Part shown: positions 18,538-27,527 of the stretch, one piece after another
Layout of the letters: the number at the start of each line of letters is the position of its first letter
Numbering within the stretch: position 1 is the first letter of the stretch
Source of the DNA: a virus
Lineage: Duplodnaviria; Caudoviricetes
Length of the DNA: 64,000 nt
Direction: 5' to 3' (one strand)
IMG/VR virus record: IMGVR_UViG_3300017911_001818
Coordinates: 32,003-96,002 of that record
Made by a program: the position numbers and the translations under genes
The notes under the pieces: generated by a model
What the model saw: only the letters and a program-made list of their open reading frames with translations
Told to the model about the DNA's origin: nothing
Databases searched by the model: none

Positions 18538-18821
18538 TGAAAGCTCAAACTGGTTACGTCACTTTGAAGAAGGCTCTAGTAGAAGGAAAAATTATAATGA
18601 GTGATTTAGTAAATCGAATTATTAGAGATAATACCTGTGTTATCGAAGGCTCTGAATCTGAGCTGATGGATTGTCATAGGACAGTTTGTCTATGGCGAAT
18701 GCAAGAGGAATGTAAAGAGCGTAAGCTTGATTACGATTGGATCCGCAAACTGAACGATGCTGATTTTGCCATTCGCACTCGCATTGATGAACTTAAATCC
18801 ATTGACTCTGCAACTGACTAA
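18537..18821 (+). CDS. hypothetical protein
   Basis: TAATG coupling with a GGAGGT Shine-Dalgarno; a downstream Met start is also possible. Confidence 0.55.
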   Translation: MKAQTGYVTLKKALVEGKIIMSDLVNRIIRDNTCVIEGSESELMDCHRTVCLWRMQEECKERKLDYDWIRKLNDADFAIRTRIDELKSIDSATD

Positions 18822-18829
18822 ATAAAATC

Positions 18830-19345
18830 ATGCGATATATTTTTATTCTGTTTCTTTTTATCGGGTCTGCATCTGTATCTCAGGCGCAGACCTATCTTAA
18901 TTGTAATGAGATAACTGTTGAAGCACGTGATTATACACACGTGTCAAAGAATCTTCCTACTCGCAATAATAATCCAGGAAACATTCGAAGAACATCGGTG
19001 AAATACTTTGGAGAGACGAATGCTGATGCAACGTATGAATCTTTTTCTTCTCCAATCTGGGGATATGCCGCTATGTTTGACCTTCTGTATCGTCTGTATT
19101 CTGGACTCACTCTGAAGGAAGCTATCTACAAGTGGGCTCCGCCAACCGAGAATGATTCTGAGCGTTATGTGAGGTTTGTCTCTAGTGAGGTTGGAGTTGA
19201 TGCAGACGAGTATATCATTGATGTTGATAATCCTTCCATTATGACAGTGGCTAAATATATGTCGGTGCTCGAAGGGATGAAAGGATTTTCTGATTCCGAT
19301 ATTGAGCTTGGTTATATGCTTTGGGATACTTGTTATTATGGTTAA
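18830..19345 (+). CDS. lysozyme-fold (NNPGNIR family) protein with an N-terminal signal peptide; putative endolysin or virion muramidase
   Basis: RNNNPGNIR, F.SP..G..A, TL..AI.KWAPPTEND..Y; hydrophobic signal ending SQA; ACTAAATA late-like promoter at 18817-24. Confidence 0.7.
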   Translation: MRYIFILFLFIGSASVSQAQTYLNCNEITVEARDYTHVSKNLPTRNNNPGNIRRTSVKYFGETNADATYESFSSPIWGYAAMFDLLYRLYSGLTLKEAIYKWAPPTENDSERYVRFVSSEVGVDADEYIIDVDNPSIMTVAKYMSVLEGMKGFSDSDIELGYMLWDTCYYG

Positions 19346-20039
19346 AATTTATGTTGGCTGTGCGCCAAAAGGTTTAGACGCTGAAGCGCAGATGGTTCTC
19401 GACTACAGTATTAAAAAATTTACATCAATTGATTATGAAATTATCTGGCTGAAAGATTCTAAACATAAAGGCTCAAAGCTGTATGGCTGGGATATGAATT
19501 ATTGGGATACTCCATTCTGTGGTTTTAAATGGGCAGTTCCGGAGCTTTCAAAATTTAAAGGGGAATCTATCTATCTACAATATAATCATATCGTACTTGA
19601 AGATATTGCACAGTTGGTAGATCAAAAAATAGAAAAAGATGCAGTAATGATTACGCCGAAAACTAATCCATTTTCTGCAATTAAATTTAATAACAAAGCA
19701 ATAAAAGAATATTTGCCTTCGATTGAAGACATGAAGAATTCTTCAGCAGCTCATCAAATATGCACTAAATACTTTTTTGATAATGGAAACTTAATTTCTT
19801 ATTTTGATAGCGACTGGGAAATTGAAATTTTTGATCTTGGCGAAAAATCCGGACTGCCATATAATAATCTGAGGCAAGTATATCTTGATAAGTATACATA
19901 TCCTCGCCTTAGAAAAGTGGGTGTCGACCATTGGTTTAATACTGAATGTTCTAACACGAAATGTATAATTCCAGGAGTTTTCGATCAATATTATGAAGAA
20001 GCTCTAAACGAGGGATATTCGATTGAGAATTATACTTAA
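19338..20039 (+). CDS. GT-A glycosyltransferase-like protein with a degenerate DxD motif
   Basis: KIYVG...VL.YSI, W.TPF..FKWA.PE...F.G..IY; the expected D.D position reads LQYNH. Confidence 0.55.
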   Translation: MVKIYVGCAPKGLDAEAQMVLDYSIKKFTSIDYEIIWLKDSKHKGSKLYGWDMNYWDTPFCGFKWAVPELSKFKGESIYLQYNHIVLEDIAQLVDQKIEKDAVMITPKTNPFSAIKFNNKAIKEYLPSIEDMKNSSAAHQICTKYFFDNGNLISYFDSDWEIEIFDLGEKSGLPYNNLRQVYLDKYTYPRLRKVGVDHWFNTECSNTKCIIPGVFDQYYEEALNEGYSIENYT

Positions 20040-20048
20040 AGGTGTCAA

Positions 20049-20789
20049 ATGTCTTTAACTCGAACATTTTTACCAGCCAGTGGCGCTCTTTCTTTGGGCG
20101 CTGCTGCAGGATCAGGAAGAAGTATCACGGAAAGGTTTGGTGGTTCTACAGCGCATAGTATGTCTGAGTATTATGGTATTGGTGTAAATACAGCGAATGC
20201 AACGTTGCCAGCAAGCGGTCCTTTAAGGTTTAGCGATTTTTATAATCGAACAGAAAACATAACCACTAGCAGAACGACTCAGATTCCGGGTCCGGGTCAA
20301 CCATTCGTTCCAGCTTCTCCGGCAGAGCCAGCACAATTTGTTCCTGCTCAGTCAGGTTCCCCCAGCGTATTTCAACCAGGAAGTCCAGGTCAACCAAACA
20401 ATCCTTCTCAGCCGTCAGAGCCAGCACAACCCTCTGAGTTCGGCCAACCGTTTAGACCGGGACAACCATTTAATTTTGGGCAGCCGACTATTCCGGGAAG
20501 CTTTAATCCTTTCTTTGGTGTATTTCAACCAACAGTATTTGGACAATTTCCTAGTCCTGGTCAGCCAAGCTCAGGACAACCGTTTGTTGCGGGGCAACCG
20601 TTTGTTCCGGGGCAACCCTTTGAGTTTGGTCAACCATTTTTCCCATCAAATTTTCAACCAGGAGTTCCTAGTCAACCGGGAGGCCAGACTCAGCCATTCG
20701 AACCAGCAGTGCCAGAAAAGCCGGCACAACCCGGAACTATAAATCAAGTTACAGAATTTTTAACGAGAGTCGCTCCTGAACCTTCATAG
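20049..20789 (+). CDS. putative fibre-tip/adhesin-like virion protein with Pro-Gly-Gln-Phe repeat tract
   Basis: N-terminal LPASGALSL..SI..FGG...HSMSEYY...PASGPLRFSDFY is an attachment-type domain common in phage tip proteins; residues 79-231 are about 25% Pro. Confidence 0.7.
   Translation: MSLTRTFLPASGALSLGAAAGSGRSITERFGGSTAHSMSEYYGIGVNTANATLPASGPLRFSDFYNRTENITTSRTTQIPGPGQPFVPASPAEPAQFVPAQSGSPSVFQPGSPGQPNNPSQPSEPAQPSEFGQPFRPGQPFNFGQPTIPGSFNPFFGVFQPTVFGQFPSPGQPSSGQPFVAGQPFVPGQPFEFGQPFFPSNFQPGVPSQPGGQTQPFEPAVPEKPAQPGTINQVTEFLTRVAPEPS
20283..20741 (+). repeat. coding low-complexity repeat: (P/F)GQPFx and xxP triplets
   Basis: 10 GQP units; 39 Pro in 153 residues (manual count). Confidence 0.9.
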
Positions 20790-20798
20790 GATTTTATA

Positions 20799-21755
20799 AT
20801 GCTGCCATTACATAATTACAAAGATACTACTCTTGGTATCACGAATGAAAAAAGAATTGGTTCTGCAAACCAACTGACATATACTCCTAAAAAACTGACT
20901 AGATTAAATATTATTGAAAAGATTTTTCAGGAAAAATGTCATCTTCCAGTTCAGTTTGACCTTATGCCTTGTGAAGATTGGTATTACCCAAAGTATTTGA
21001 CGTATACGAATGTAAACAAGTATATGTTCTTGACGACTAATTCATTTGAGTTTAATACTAGATTCTTCATGCATCAGCTTACAGCAATTGACTGGAAGTT
21101 TATGGACACAAACATTGAACAAATTTTTGAAGAAGGAGAAATTTCCGACAAGTATAAGCTCGTTTCATATGAGGGCGATGAACTTGATACTGTATTTTTC
21201 TTGCCAGGAACTAACATCGATTATCTAATCGACTATACTAAGATCGATGAGATTATGCAGAGTAATTCAAATGTTCTGCTGAAGCCACATCCTTTGACTA
21301 GCAAAAAGCATCTTGCAATTTTAGCTAATATGTATGGATGGGAAAATATTATTGAAAAAGAAATTTCAGGTCATGACATTCTTAAGAAAACTAAAAATGT
21401 TTTTTATACAGATAATTCTGAGATTGGAATGAAAGCTTATCAAATGGGTAAGGACCCTAAACATTTTAATATTTTAAATCTAAGTCAGCCAATGATCTAT
21501 CATTCTTTTTATCATATTCTTAGAGCTAATCAATCAGATGTTAAGTCACTAATCTCTGCATTCTTCTCTACTCCTAAATTCGGGATGTTTGATCTAAACG
21601 ATCCGATCGACACTCTTAATAATAATGTTGCATCGTTTCTTGCAGACCTAGAGCATTTTAGACAGCGACTAAAACCAGTCTCTACAACATTTGATAGAAC
21701 CGCATTTAATAATTTTTTAGATATGAGAAGAAAAGAAAAGAATGCTTCCGTTTAA
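20799..21755 (+). CDS. GT-B transferase resembling KpsS/KpsC capsule (Kdo) transferases
   Basis: LLKPHP followed by V...NSEIGMKA..MGK, i.e. an HP motif plus an S..G.EA..GK-like pattern. Confidence 0.55.
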   Translation: MLPLHNYKDTTLGITNEKRIGSANQLTYTPKKLTRLNIIEKIFQEKCHLPVQFDLMPCEDWYYPKYLTYTNVNKYMFLTTNSFEFNTRFFMHQLTAIDWKFMDTNIEQIFEEGEISDKYKLVSYEGDELDTVFFLPGTNIDYLIDYTKIDEIMQSNSNVLLKPHPLTSKKHLAILANMYGWENIIEKEISGHDILKKTKNVFYTDNSEIGMKAYQMGKDPKHFNILNLSQPMIYHSFYHILRANQSDVKSLISAFFSTPKFGMFDLNDPIDTLNNNVASFLADLEHFRQRLKPVSTTFDRTAFNNFLDMRRKEKNASV

Positions 21756-22296
21756 AGTATTTAAAAATTTTATAGATGATGATTTTGTAAGTAAGTATCT
21801 TTCTAATGATGGATATGTAGAGGCATCAGTTACAGACAAAACAGGAACTAATTCCGAGAAAAATGATAAAACTCGGAGAAGTCGAGTAAGATTTTATAAT
21901 AATGATCAGATACCACTTTTTGATAAATTGGTTGATTCCTATTCAAAATATTTTGATGAAGGCGAGATAGATTATTTTGATTATCAGCTAACAAGGTATG
22001 ACGCTGAGGATTCTGGCTTCTTTCATATGCATGATGATACTGTAAGATCAAACACACCTCATATTCGAAGAATATCCTGTAGTATTTTTATGTCTGATCC
22101 TGAGCATTATGATGGCGGAGATTTTATTTTTAGAGACTATGATCTACAATCTGTTCGAGGCTGGAACGATAAGTACAGTTGCGTGATGTTTCCCTCAACA
22201 GGATTGTATCATGCTGTCTTGCCAGTAACTAGAGGGACACGTTACTCTTTAGTATGTTGGGGTATGGGAAAAAATCCAGATTATAAGGCTGATTGA
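21742..22296 (+). CDS. prolyl 4-hydroxylase-like 2OG-Fe(II) oxygenase
   Basis: Q.TRY, HDD, RRIS, Y.GG.F, FPS..YH.V.PVT.G.RYSLV.W. Confidence 0.88.
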   Translation: MLPFKVFKNFIDDDFVSKYLSNDGYVEASVTDKTGTNSEKNDKTRRSRVRFYNNDQIPLFDKLVDSYSKYFDEGEIDYFDYQLTRYDAEDSGFFHMHDDTVRSNTPHIRRISCSIFMSDPEHYDGGDFIFRDYDLQSVRGWNDKYSCVMFPSTGLYHAVLPVTRGTRYSLVCWGMGKNPDYKAD

Positions 22297-22856
22297 TGTT
22301 TAAAAAAATTGATCCTAACTTTCCAGTTCATAGCTTTAAAAACTTTTTTAGTATGACTGACGATCAAAGAGATAAGGCGGTAATGACTTGCCTTCGACAT
22401 CACCATAAGCACATTAAGAGGTTAAGTAAACTGTCAGTAGGGTATAACTATGTTGTACCGAAAGCTGGAGTTCTCGAAGAAATACCTAAAAAAGTAAATG
22501 AGGCTCTTGATGCTGCGTTCGGCGGCAAGCTTACTAATGATAGCATTTATGCATATTCTTCTAACAGTAAAACAAGTTTTGATCTTTGGCACGATCACGC
22601 ACATGTGCACACTACCGTGACAACAGTTTATTATCTACAGCTACCAAATCATAATGAGAGTGGTATTCAGTTTGAGATAGATGATAATATTTTGGATTAT
22701 AAGCCAGAACAAGACGAGCTCGTTATATTTCCAGGATGGCTAAATCATAGGCCATACAAATCTGGCGTTAGTGAAGAGTGGAGAGTTTCTTTAAATATGG
22801 ATCGAATTTATGACATGCCTGATAGAATTTTTACTAGAATGGGAAAAGAACTATGA
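22296..22856 (+). CDS. 2OG-Fe(II) oxygenase (HxH type)
   Basis: WHDH, VYYLQ.P, LVIFPGWLNH, R.SL. Confidence 0.82.
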   Translation: MFKKIDPNFPVHSFKNFFSMTDDQRDKAVMTCLRHHHKHIKRLSKLSVGYNYVVPKAGVLEEIPKKVNEALDAAFGGKLTNDSIYAYSSNSKTSFDLWHDHAHVHTTVTTVYYLQLPNHNESGIQFEIDDNILDYKPEQDELVIFPGWLNHRPYKSGVSEEWRVSLNMDRIYDMPDRIFTRMGKEL

Positions 22857-23437
22857 GTAATATCCAATGTGATTCTTTATTCCCCCAAAAGGTTTGGCGT
22901 ACTGACTTGGATTTAAATTGTTCTAGGCTAAAGCAGTATGTTTTAGGTCTAGAAAAGAAAGATCAAACAGGTAATAACAGAAGTAATGTAAATGGCTGGC
23001 AGAGCAGATCTTTAGATCCTAGACAAGTCGATAATGAAGATGTAAGTAAAATGCTAGAAGCTGTAATCCATAAAGTAAACACTTGTGGAAGCACTAATAA
23101 TATGCCTGAATTAAAAATTAGTAACTATTGGTTTAATATTAATAGAAAGGGTAGTATGAATGCATCTCATACACACCCTGGATCAGTTTTAAGCGGAGCA
23201 TTCTACATCAACAGTAACGAGAAAGACGGAGAAATTATTTTTGAAAGAGGAGATAATGCCCAATGTTACTTACCTGATGGTTTAAACAACGGTAATTTTT
23301 ATACCTCTGTAACATATGTATATCCTCCTAAAATAAATCGCCTATATATCTTTGGCTCTTGGCTTTCACATTGGGTAAAACCAAATACAACTAACTCTGA
23401 TAGAATAAGTTTGAGTTTTAATACACATGTTGCATGA
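22853..23437 (+). CDS. TIGR02466-like 2OG-Fe(II) oxygenase
   Basis: SN.NGWQS, WFNIN, HTHP.S.LSG.FY, IF.SWL.H.V, RISLSFN. Confidence 0.88.
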   Translation: MSNIQCDSLFPQKVWRTDLDLNCSRLKQYVLGLEKKDQTGNNRSNVNGWQSRSLDPRQVDNEDVSKMLEAVIHKVNTCGSTNNMPELKISNYWFNINRKGSMNASHTHPGSVLSGAFYINSNEKDGEIIFERGDNAQCYLPDGLNNGNFYTSVTYVYPPKINRLYIFGSWLSHWVKPNTTNSDRISLSFNTHVA

Positions 23438-24080
23438 TGTCTTACAAAGAATTAAGGAATTTCCAGAAGAACCTTTTATCAGTAGGGTTTGTACACCAGA
23501 GCAAGCTGAAAAACTTTTTAATTGGAATGATGTATCAGAATTAATTAGAACGAATGAAAATAAATTTGAATTAATTAATCAAGATAATAAAAAAATTTCT
23601 GTTAAAGAAATAAATCAGCCATGGCATGGAACTGTACAAGATAAATCTACAATCTATGAAAACATTTTAGATGGACTTGGGTTTGTAATTATTAATCAAA
23701 GTTATTACAACAAAAGTATGAATAGACTCTCTGCAGATATAGAGAGCTCGCTAAAAAAAGCTACCGATATTCATGTATATGGAGCATATGATGGCTCTGG
23801 GAAATCTTTTACAGCCCACAGCGATCCAACATCAAATATTATTGTTCAGTTAGATGGCACATCTCTTTGGAGGATTTACGCAGAAAAACTTGATCAAGTT
23901 CCTAGAGATAAAACTCATTTGCTTACAGAAGTAATTAATCAAAAGCTTTATCCAGGAATGGTTGCGTATATTCCAAATAGAACTTACCATAAGTGCGAGC
24001 CTTTATCTAAAAGATTATCGCTTAGTTTTGCGATTCATTCTAACATACATCCACACACAAGAGAAGAGTATATTTTATGA
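23427..24080 (+). CDS. JmjC/cupin-4 protein hydroxylase-like
   Basis: SF.AHSD, IVQL.G...W, PG...YIP...YH, RLSLS. Confidence 0.8.
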   Translation: MLHDVLQRIKEFPEEPFISRVCTPEQAEKLFNWNDVSELIRTNENKFELINQDNKKISVKEINQPWHGTVQDKSTIYENILDGLGFVIINQSYYNKSMNRLSADIESSLKKATDIHVYGAYDGSGKSFTAHSDPTSNIIVQLDGTSLWRIYAEKLDQVPRDKTHLLTEVINQKLYPGMVAYIPNRTYHKCEPLSKRLSLSFAIHSNIHPHTREEYIL

Positions 24081-25249
24081 CTAAATTTTACAACGATGAC
24101 ATAAAGCTTGATTTTTCTGATGTGTTGATTGTTCCGGGAAGAAATTCAACAGAGCTTTTGGCAGAGAAAAAATTTTATAATAAAAATATGCTATCTAGGA
24201 ATGATGTAAATTTAATTAATAGTTTTCGCTCAGATCCTTCTATACGATTAGTCGACAGTGAAGTTGATAATGACACTACAATTAACATTGTTGCATTACC
24301 AATTATTGCTTCAAATATGGATGGAGTTGGTACAGTAGAAATGCACGATCAGCTACGTAAAAATAAGATGATGACTTCTTTGGTTAAATCTACTACTGAT
24401 GAAGAATTAGATGCGATACAAGAACCAGAATTAGCATTTTTAACCATTGGCATTAATGAATCTGATTTAGATAGAGTTGAACAACATAAACATAAATTTA
24501 AAAATATTTGTATTGATACTCCAAACGGATATTTGGCAAATATTCCGCATTTCGTAAGTAGAGTAAGAGCGATTTGTGGAGAAAAAACTTTTATTATGGT
24601 AGGTAACATTGTAACTGCAGAGCATGCTTTAAATTTATACATGGCAGGAGCTGATTGTGTTAAAGTTGGCATCGGTTCAGGTAGTGTATGCACAACCAGA
24701 ATTAAAACTGGAGTTGGATACCCACAGCTATCCGCTATCTTAGAAGTGTCTAAACAAGCACATCAGATTAATCTTACCATGAGACGTAAGTTATTTGTTT
24801 GTTCTGATGGCGGTTGTACAGACCCAGGAGATATCGCTAAAGCTTTCGTAGCTGGTGCTGATTTTGTTATGCTCGGTGGCATGTTAGCTGGACATGATGA
24901 AGGTGGAGGTGAAATCGTTAAAAAGTATGTAGAGAGCGATGAGCGGATGATGCATCCACAAGGCTCTAGATTCGTTCCAGTTATAGATGAAAAGAAATAT
25001 GTTCAATTTTATGGTATGAGTTCTAAAACTGCCAATGATAAACATAATGGTGGTCTAAAAGGATATCGTGCCGCAGAGGGTAAAGAAGTTTTAATCCCAT
25101 ATAAAGGACCAGTTCAGGATACTATTGATGACATCTTAGGAGGACTTCGATCAGCTTGCACGTATATTAATTCTCCAAATTTGAGAAAAATGTCAGTTTT
25201 TGGAAAATTTGTTAAAGTTAATAATCAGGTAAATAATGTTTTTAAATGA
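24077..25249 (+). CDS. guaC: GMP reductase
   Basis: LDFSDVL, NMDGVGT, CID..NGY, KVGIGSGSVCTTR, DGGC..PGD, FYGMSS, YRAAEGK, LGGLRSACTY. Confidence 0.95.
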   Translation: MTKFYNDDIKLDFSDVLIVPGRNSTELLAEKKFYNKNMLSRNDVNLINSFRSDPSIRLVDSEVDNDTTINIVALPIIASNMDGVGTVEMHDQLRKNKMMTSLVKSTTDEELDAIQEPELAFLTIGINESDLDRVEQHKHKFKNICIDTPNGYLANIPHFVSRVRAICGEKTFIMVGNIVTAEHALNLYMAGADCVKVGIGSGSVCTTRIKTGVGYPQLSAILEVSKQAHQINLTMRRKLFVCSDGGCTDPGDIAKAFVAGADFVMLGGMLAGHDEGGGEIVKKYVESDERMMHPQGSRFVPVIDEKKYVQFYGMSSKTANDKHNGGLKGYRAAEGKEVLIPYKGPVQDTIDDILGGLRSACTYINSPNLRKMSVFGKFVKVNNQVNNVFK

Positions 25250-25914
25250 ACACATTAGTTACAACTTATTATGAAGATCCTGATTATCTTGAAAAATATA
25301 TAGAATACAATTTTCAAGAGGATGTGTTCAGTCACTTAATTATCGTTGATGATGCATCCTCTAAATTTCCCGCAAAAAAAGTCTTGACAAAGTTTAAAAA
25401 TGAGAATATAAGTTTATATGAGATTAAAGAAGATATCGGATTTAATTCTCATGCGGCTAGGAATCTTGCCGCAACTCAATGTAAAACTGAATGGGCTACG
25501 TTTTTAGATGTTGATCATGTATTGACTTCTGAAACTTTTGACGATATAATAAGGTTTGTTGAACTTGAGGAAAATGAATGGCTTTGGTTTGGTGACAATC
25601 AGTTCATGATTCCTAGTAAATATTTCCTCGCTGCTGGTGGTTATGATGAAAGGTTAAATGGATATCGCTGGGGAACATTTTTAATGCAAGATCGCCTTGA
25701 TAAATTGTTCTCTAGAGAAATGTTAAACCCATGGAATAGCACTTTGCTTACTAGAACGTTAAAAGGATTACCTGGAATAACTCGACAATCTAGAGAACAA
25801 ATGCGAAAGAACAAAGCTAAAGAAGCTGAGATTAAACTTAACTCCTCTGCCAATCCTTTGGACTGGCATAAACATAAAATGTTAACTTTTGAATGGAATA
25901 AAATATGTCTCTGA
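25246..25914 (+). CDS. glycosyltransferase family 2/7-like
   Basis: IIVDDAS, ARNL, FLDVD, GGYDE. Confidence 0.8.
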   Translation: MNTLVTTYYEDPDYLEKYIEYNFQEDVFSHLIIVDDASSKFPAKKVLTKFKNENISLYEIKEDIGFNSHAARNLAATQCKTEWATFLDVDHVLTSETFDDIIRFVELEENEWLWFGDNQFMIPSKYFLAAGGYDERLNGYRWGTFLMQDRLDKLFSREMLNPWNSTLLTRTLKGLPGITRQSREQMRKNKAKEAEIKLNSSANPLDWHKHKMLTFEWNKICL

Positions 25915-26096
25915 ACAAACGTACCGTAGGTAAAAAGCAAAACAAGCAGTTTGCAGCTAGTAAGCGTCTAGATTCTCTCGCTGCTTATGATGAAGAGTAT
26001 GCACACTCTCATGACATTAAAGATATCGTAAGCGGTCTAGATGGATATTCTGAATATCTCTCTGATCGAAATGGATCTGGTAGCGACTGGTATTAA
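25905..26096 (+). CDS. hypothetical protein (63 aa)
   Basis: Overlaps both neighbours, with TAATG coupling downstream. Confidence 0.55.
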   Translation: MSLNKRTVGKKQNKQFAASKRLDSLAAYDEEYAHSHDIKDIVSGLDGYSEYLSDRNGSGSDWY

Positions 26097-26965
26097 TGGA
26101 TCATTTTAATTTAATTAAAATTATTGAAATTAATCCAACAGAGCTCTGTAATTTGCAGTGCTCTTTCTGCCCAAGAGCGCATGGATATCCTAATCAAAAC
26201 TTGCATATGTCGATTGATACCGCAAAAGAGATTATAAAGCAAATAGAAAATTGCAATTTTAAGGGAGATGTAGTATTCGCAGGAAGAGGAGAACCTACTT
26301 TAACTAAAAATTTTGATAAAATTGTACAGCTGTTTCTTGAATGTGCAAATATTAAACAAGTCCGTATCACAACGAATGGCAAGAGATTACATTTACTTGA
26401 GAAATTTTTAGAACCATATGGGAATAAGTTTAGAGTAAAATATGATGTTTATACTACAGACGAAAAACAGCAAAGATTAGCCTTAATAAAATATAAAAAT
26501 TATAAGAACGTGTCTGTTGACATTAAAACAGATTTCGGATTAAACTATAATGAATACCCTACTGGTAAAACTTCTGAAAAAAATCCCAATGTCAAATCTA
26601 AATATGGAACAGGCAATATTGAGGGTATGACTAATCGTGCTGGGTTTCTCGGAGAAAGCTTCTACGATTTTACTGACAAAAGCTGTAGAAAATTAACTCA
26701 TAATATGTATATTAACTGGAATGGTGATTATAATCTTTGTTGTGATGATTGGACTCCCTTAGTTTTAGGTAACATATATGAAGAGAGTATATCAGATTTT
26801 GCAAATCATAATGAGGCCATAGCTCATTACAGAAAAAAACTGGTCTGCGAAAACAGTCGAGAGGGATTACCTGCTTGCCAAACTTGTAATAGAAATGCTC
26901 CTCTGAATGCAGAGGTCAGAGTAGATGTTGAAAATTTAATAAAACTGGATGAGTTGATTCCATGA
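26096..26965 (+). CDS. radical SAM protein with SPASM/twitch domain
   Basis: CNLQCSFC, GRGEPTL, TTNG, LCCDDW, C..C. Confidence 0.9.
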   Translation: MDHFNLIKIIEINPTELCNLQCSFCPRAHGYPNQNLHMSIDTAKEIIKQIENCNFKGDVVFAGRGEPTLTKNFDKIVQLFLECANIKQVRITTNGKRLHLLEKFLEPYGNKFRVKYDVYTTDEKQQRLALIKYKNYKNVSVDIKTDFGLNYNEYPTGKTSEKNPNVKSKYGTGNIEGMTNRAGFLGESFYDFTDKSCRKLTHNMYINWNGDYNLCCDDWTPLVLGNIYEESISDFANHNEAIAHYRKKLVCENSREGLPACQTCNRNAPLNAEVRVDVENLIKLDELIP

Positions 26966-27189
26966 TTGCAAATAAAGTATTAACTAAAGAAAATTTTTGT
27001 GCCCTCGTAGAGGACTCTGTTCAGAAATGTAAACATCCATATATGGACGCTGTTTTACTAATTTGTGATGAGAATATGATTGATCCTGCTCAAGTATCGA
27101 CGCTACTAAATATGAGCATCAAAGATAAGATAGAAGCAGAAGCTCGAGATTTAAATTATTTAGAAAAGGTTAATAAATTACCATTATGA
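26962..27189 (+). CDS. gp33: late transcription coactivator gp33
   Basis: F...VE.......YMDAVL..C.E..ID......L...IKDKIEAEA..LNYL...KLP. Confidence 0.85.
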   Translation: MIANKVLTKENFCALVEDSVQKCKHPYMDAVLLICDENMIDPAQVSTLLNMSIKDKIEAEARDLNYLEKVNKLPL

Positions 27190-27527
27190 AAAAATTGAGG
27201 AATTTTATGTTACGTTTAATCGGAATTTACATCCCATTTATTCTAGTCTTTCTTGGAATCGCTGGATGCAGCTATATCTACAGAGATACAATTTTAGATA
27301 GGTTCAAAAACGATGAGCCTGTAATTCAGGAACCAATCGAGGAATCTACAGAAGATGTGTCAACGGAACCAGAATTATCCACTGATGTTGCAGATGCTGA
27401 ACAATCTGGAACCTTTGATGATGTCGTTACAGAAGAAACACCAGAGGAGGTATCAGATGAGCAACCAGAACTTTCCGGAATCGGAGAGTGTGAATGCATC
27501 TGCCCCAAAGCAGATGGAACTCTTTGA
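27186..27527 (+). CDS. acidic membrane-anchored protein or putative lipoprotein
   Basis: Basic N-terminus, hydrophobic helix, IAGC lipobox-like motif, D/E-rich tail, CECICP. Confidence 0.6.
   Translation: MKKLRNFMLRLIGIYIPFILVFLGIAGCSYIYRDTILDRFKNDEPVIQEPIEESTEDVSTEPELSTDVADAEQSGTFDDVVTEETPEEVSDEQPELSGIGECECICPKADGTL

Noticed and set aside
20338-20742. Alternative-frame 134-aa ORF over the Pro-rich tract
   Set aside because: By-product of the repetitive CAA-CCx codons; the main frame has the recognisable N-terminal domain and a start context
25384-25412. TTGACA-17-TATAAG possible promoter
   Set aside because: The -10 lacks the conserved final T and lies mid-gene in AT-rich DNA; may be chance
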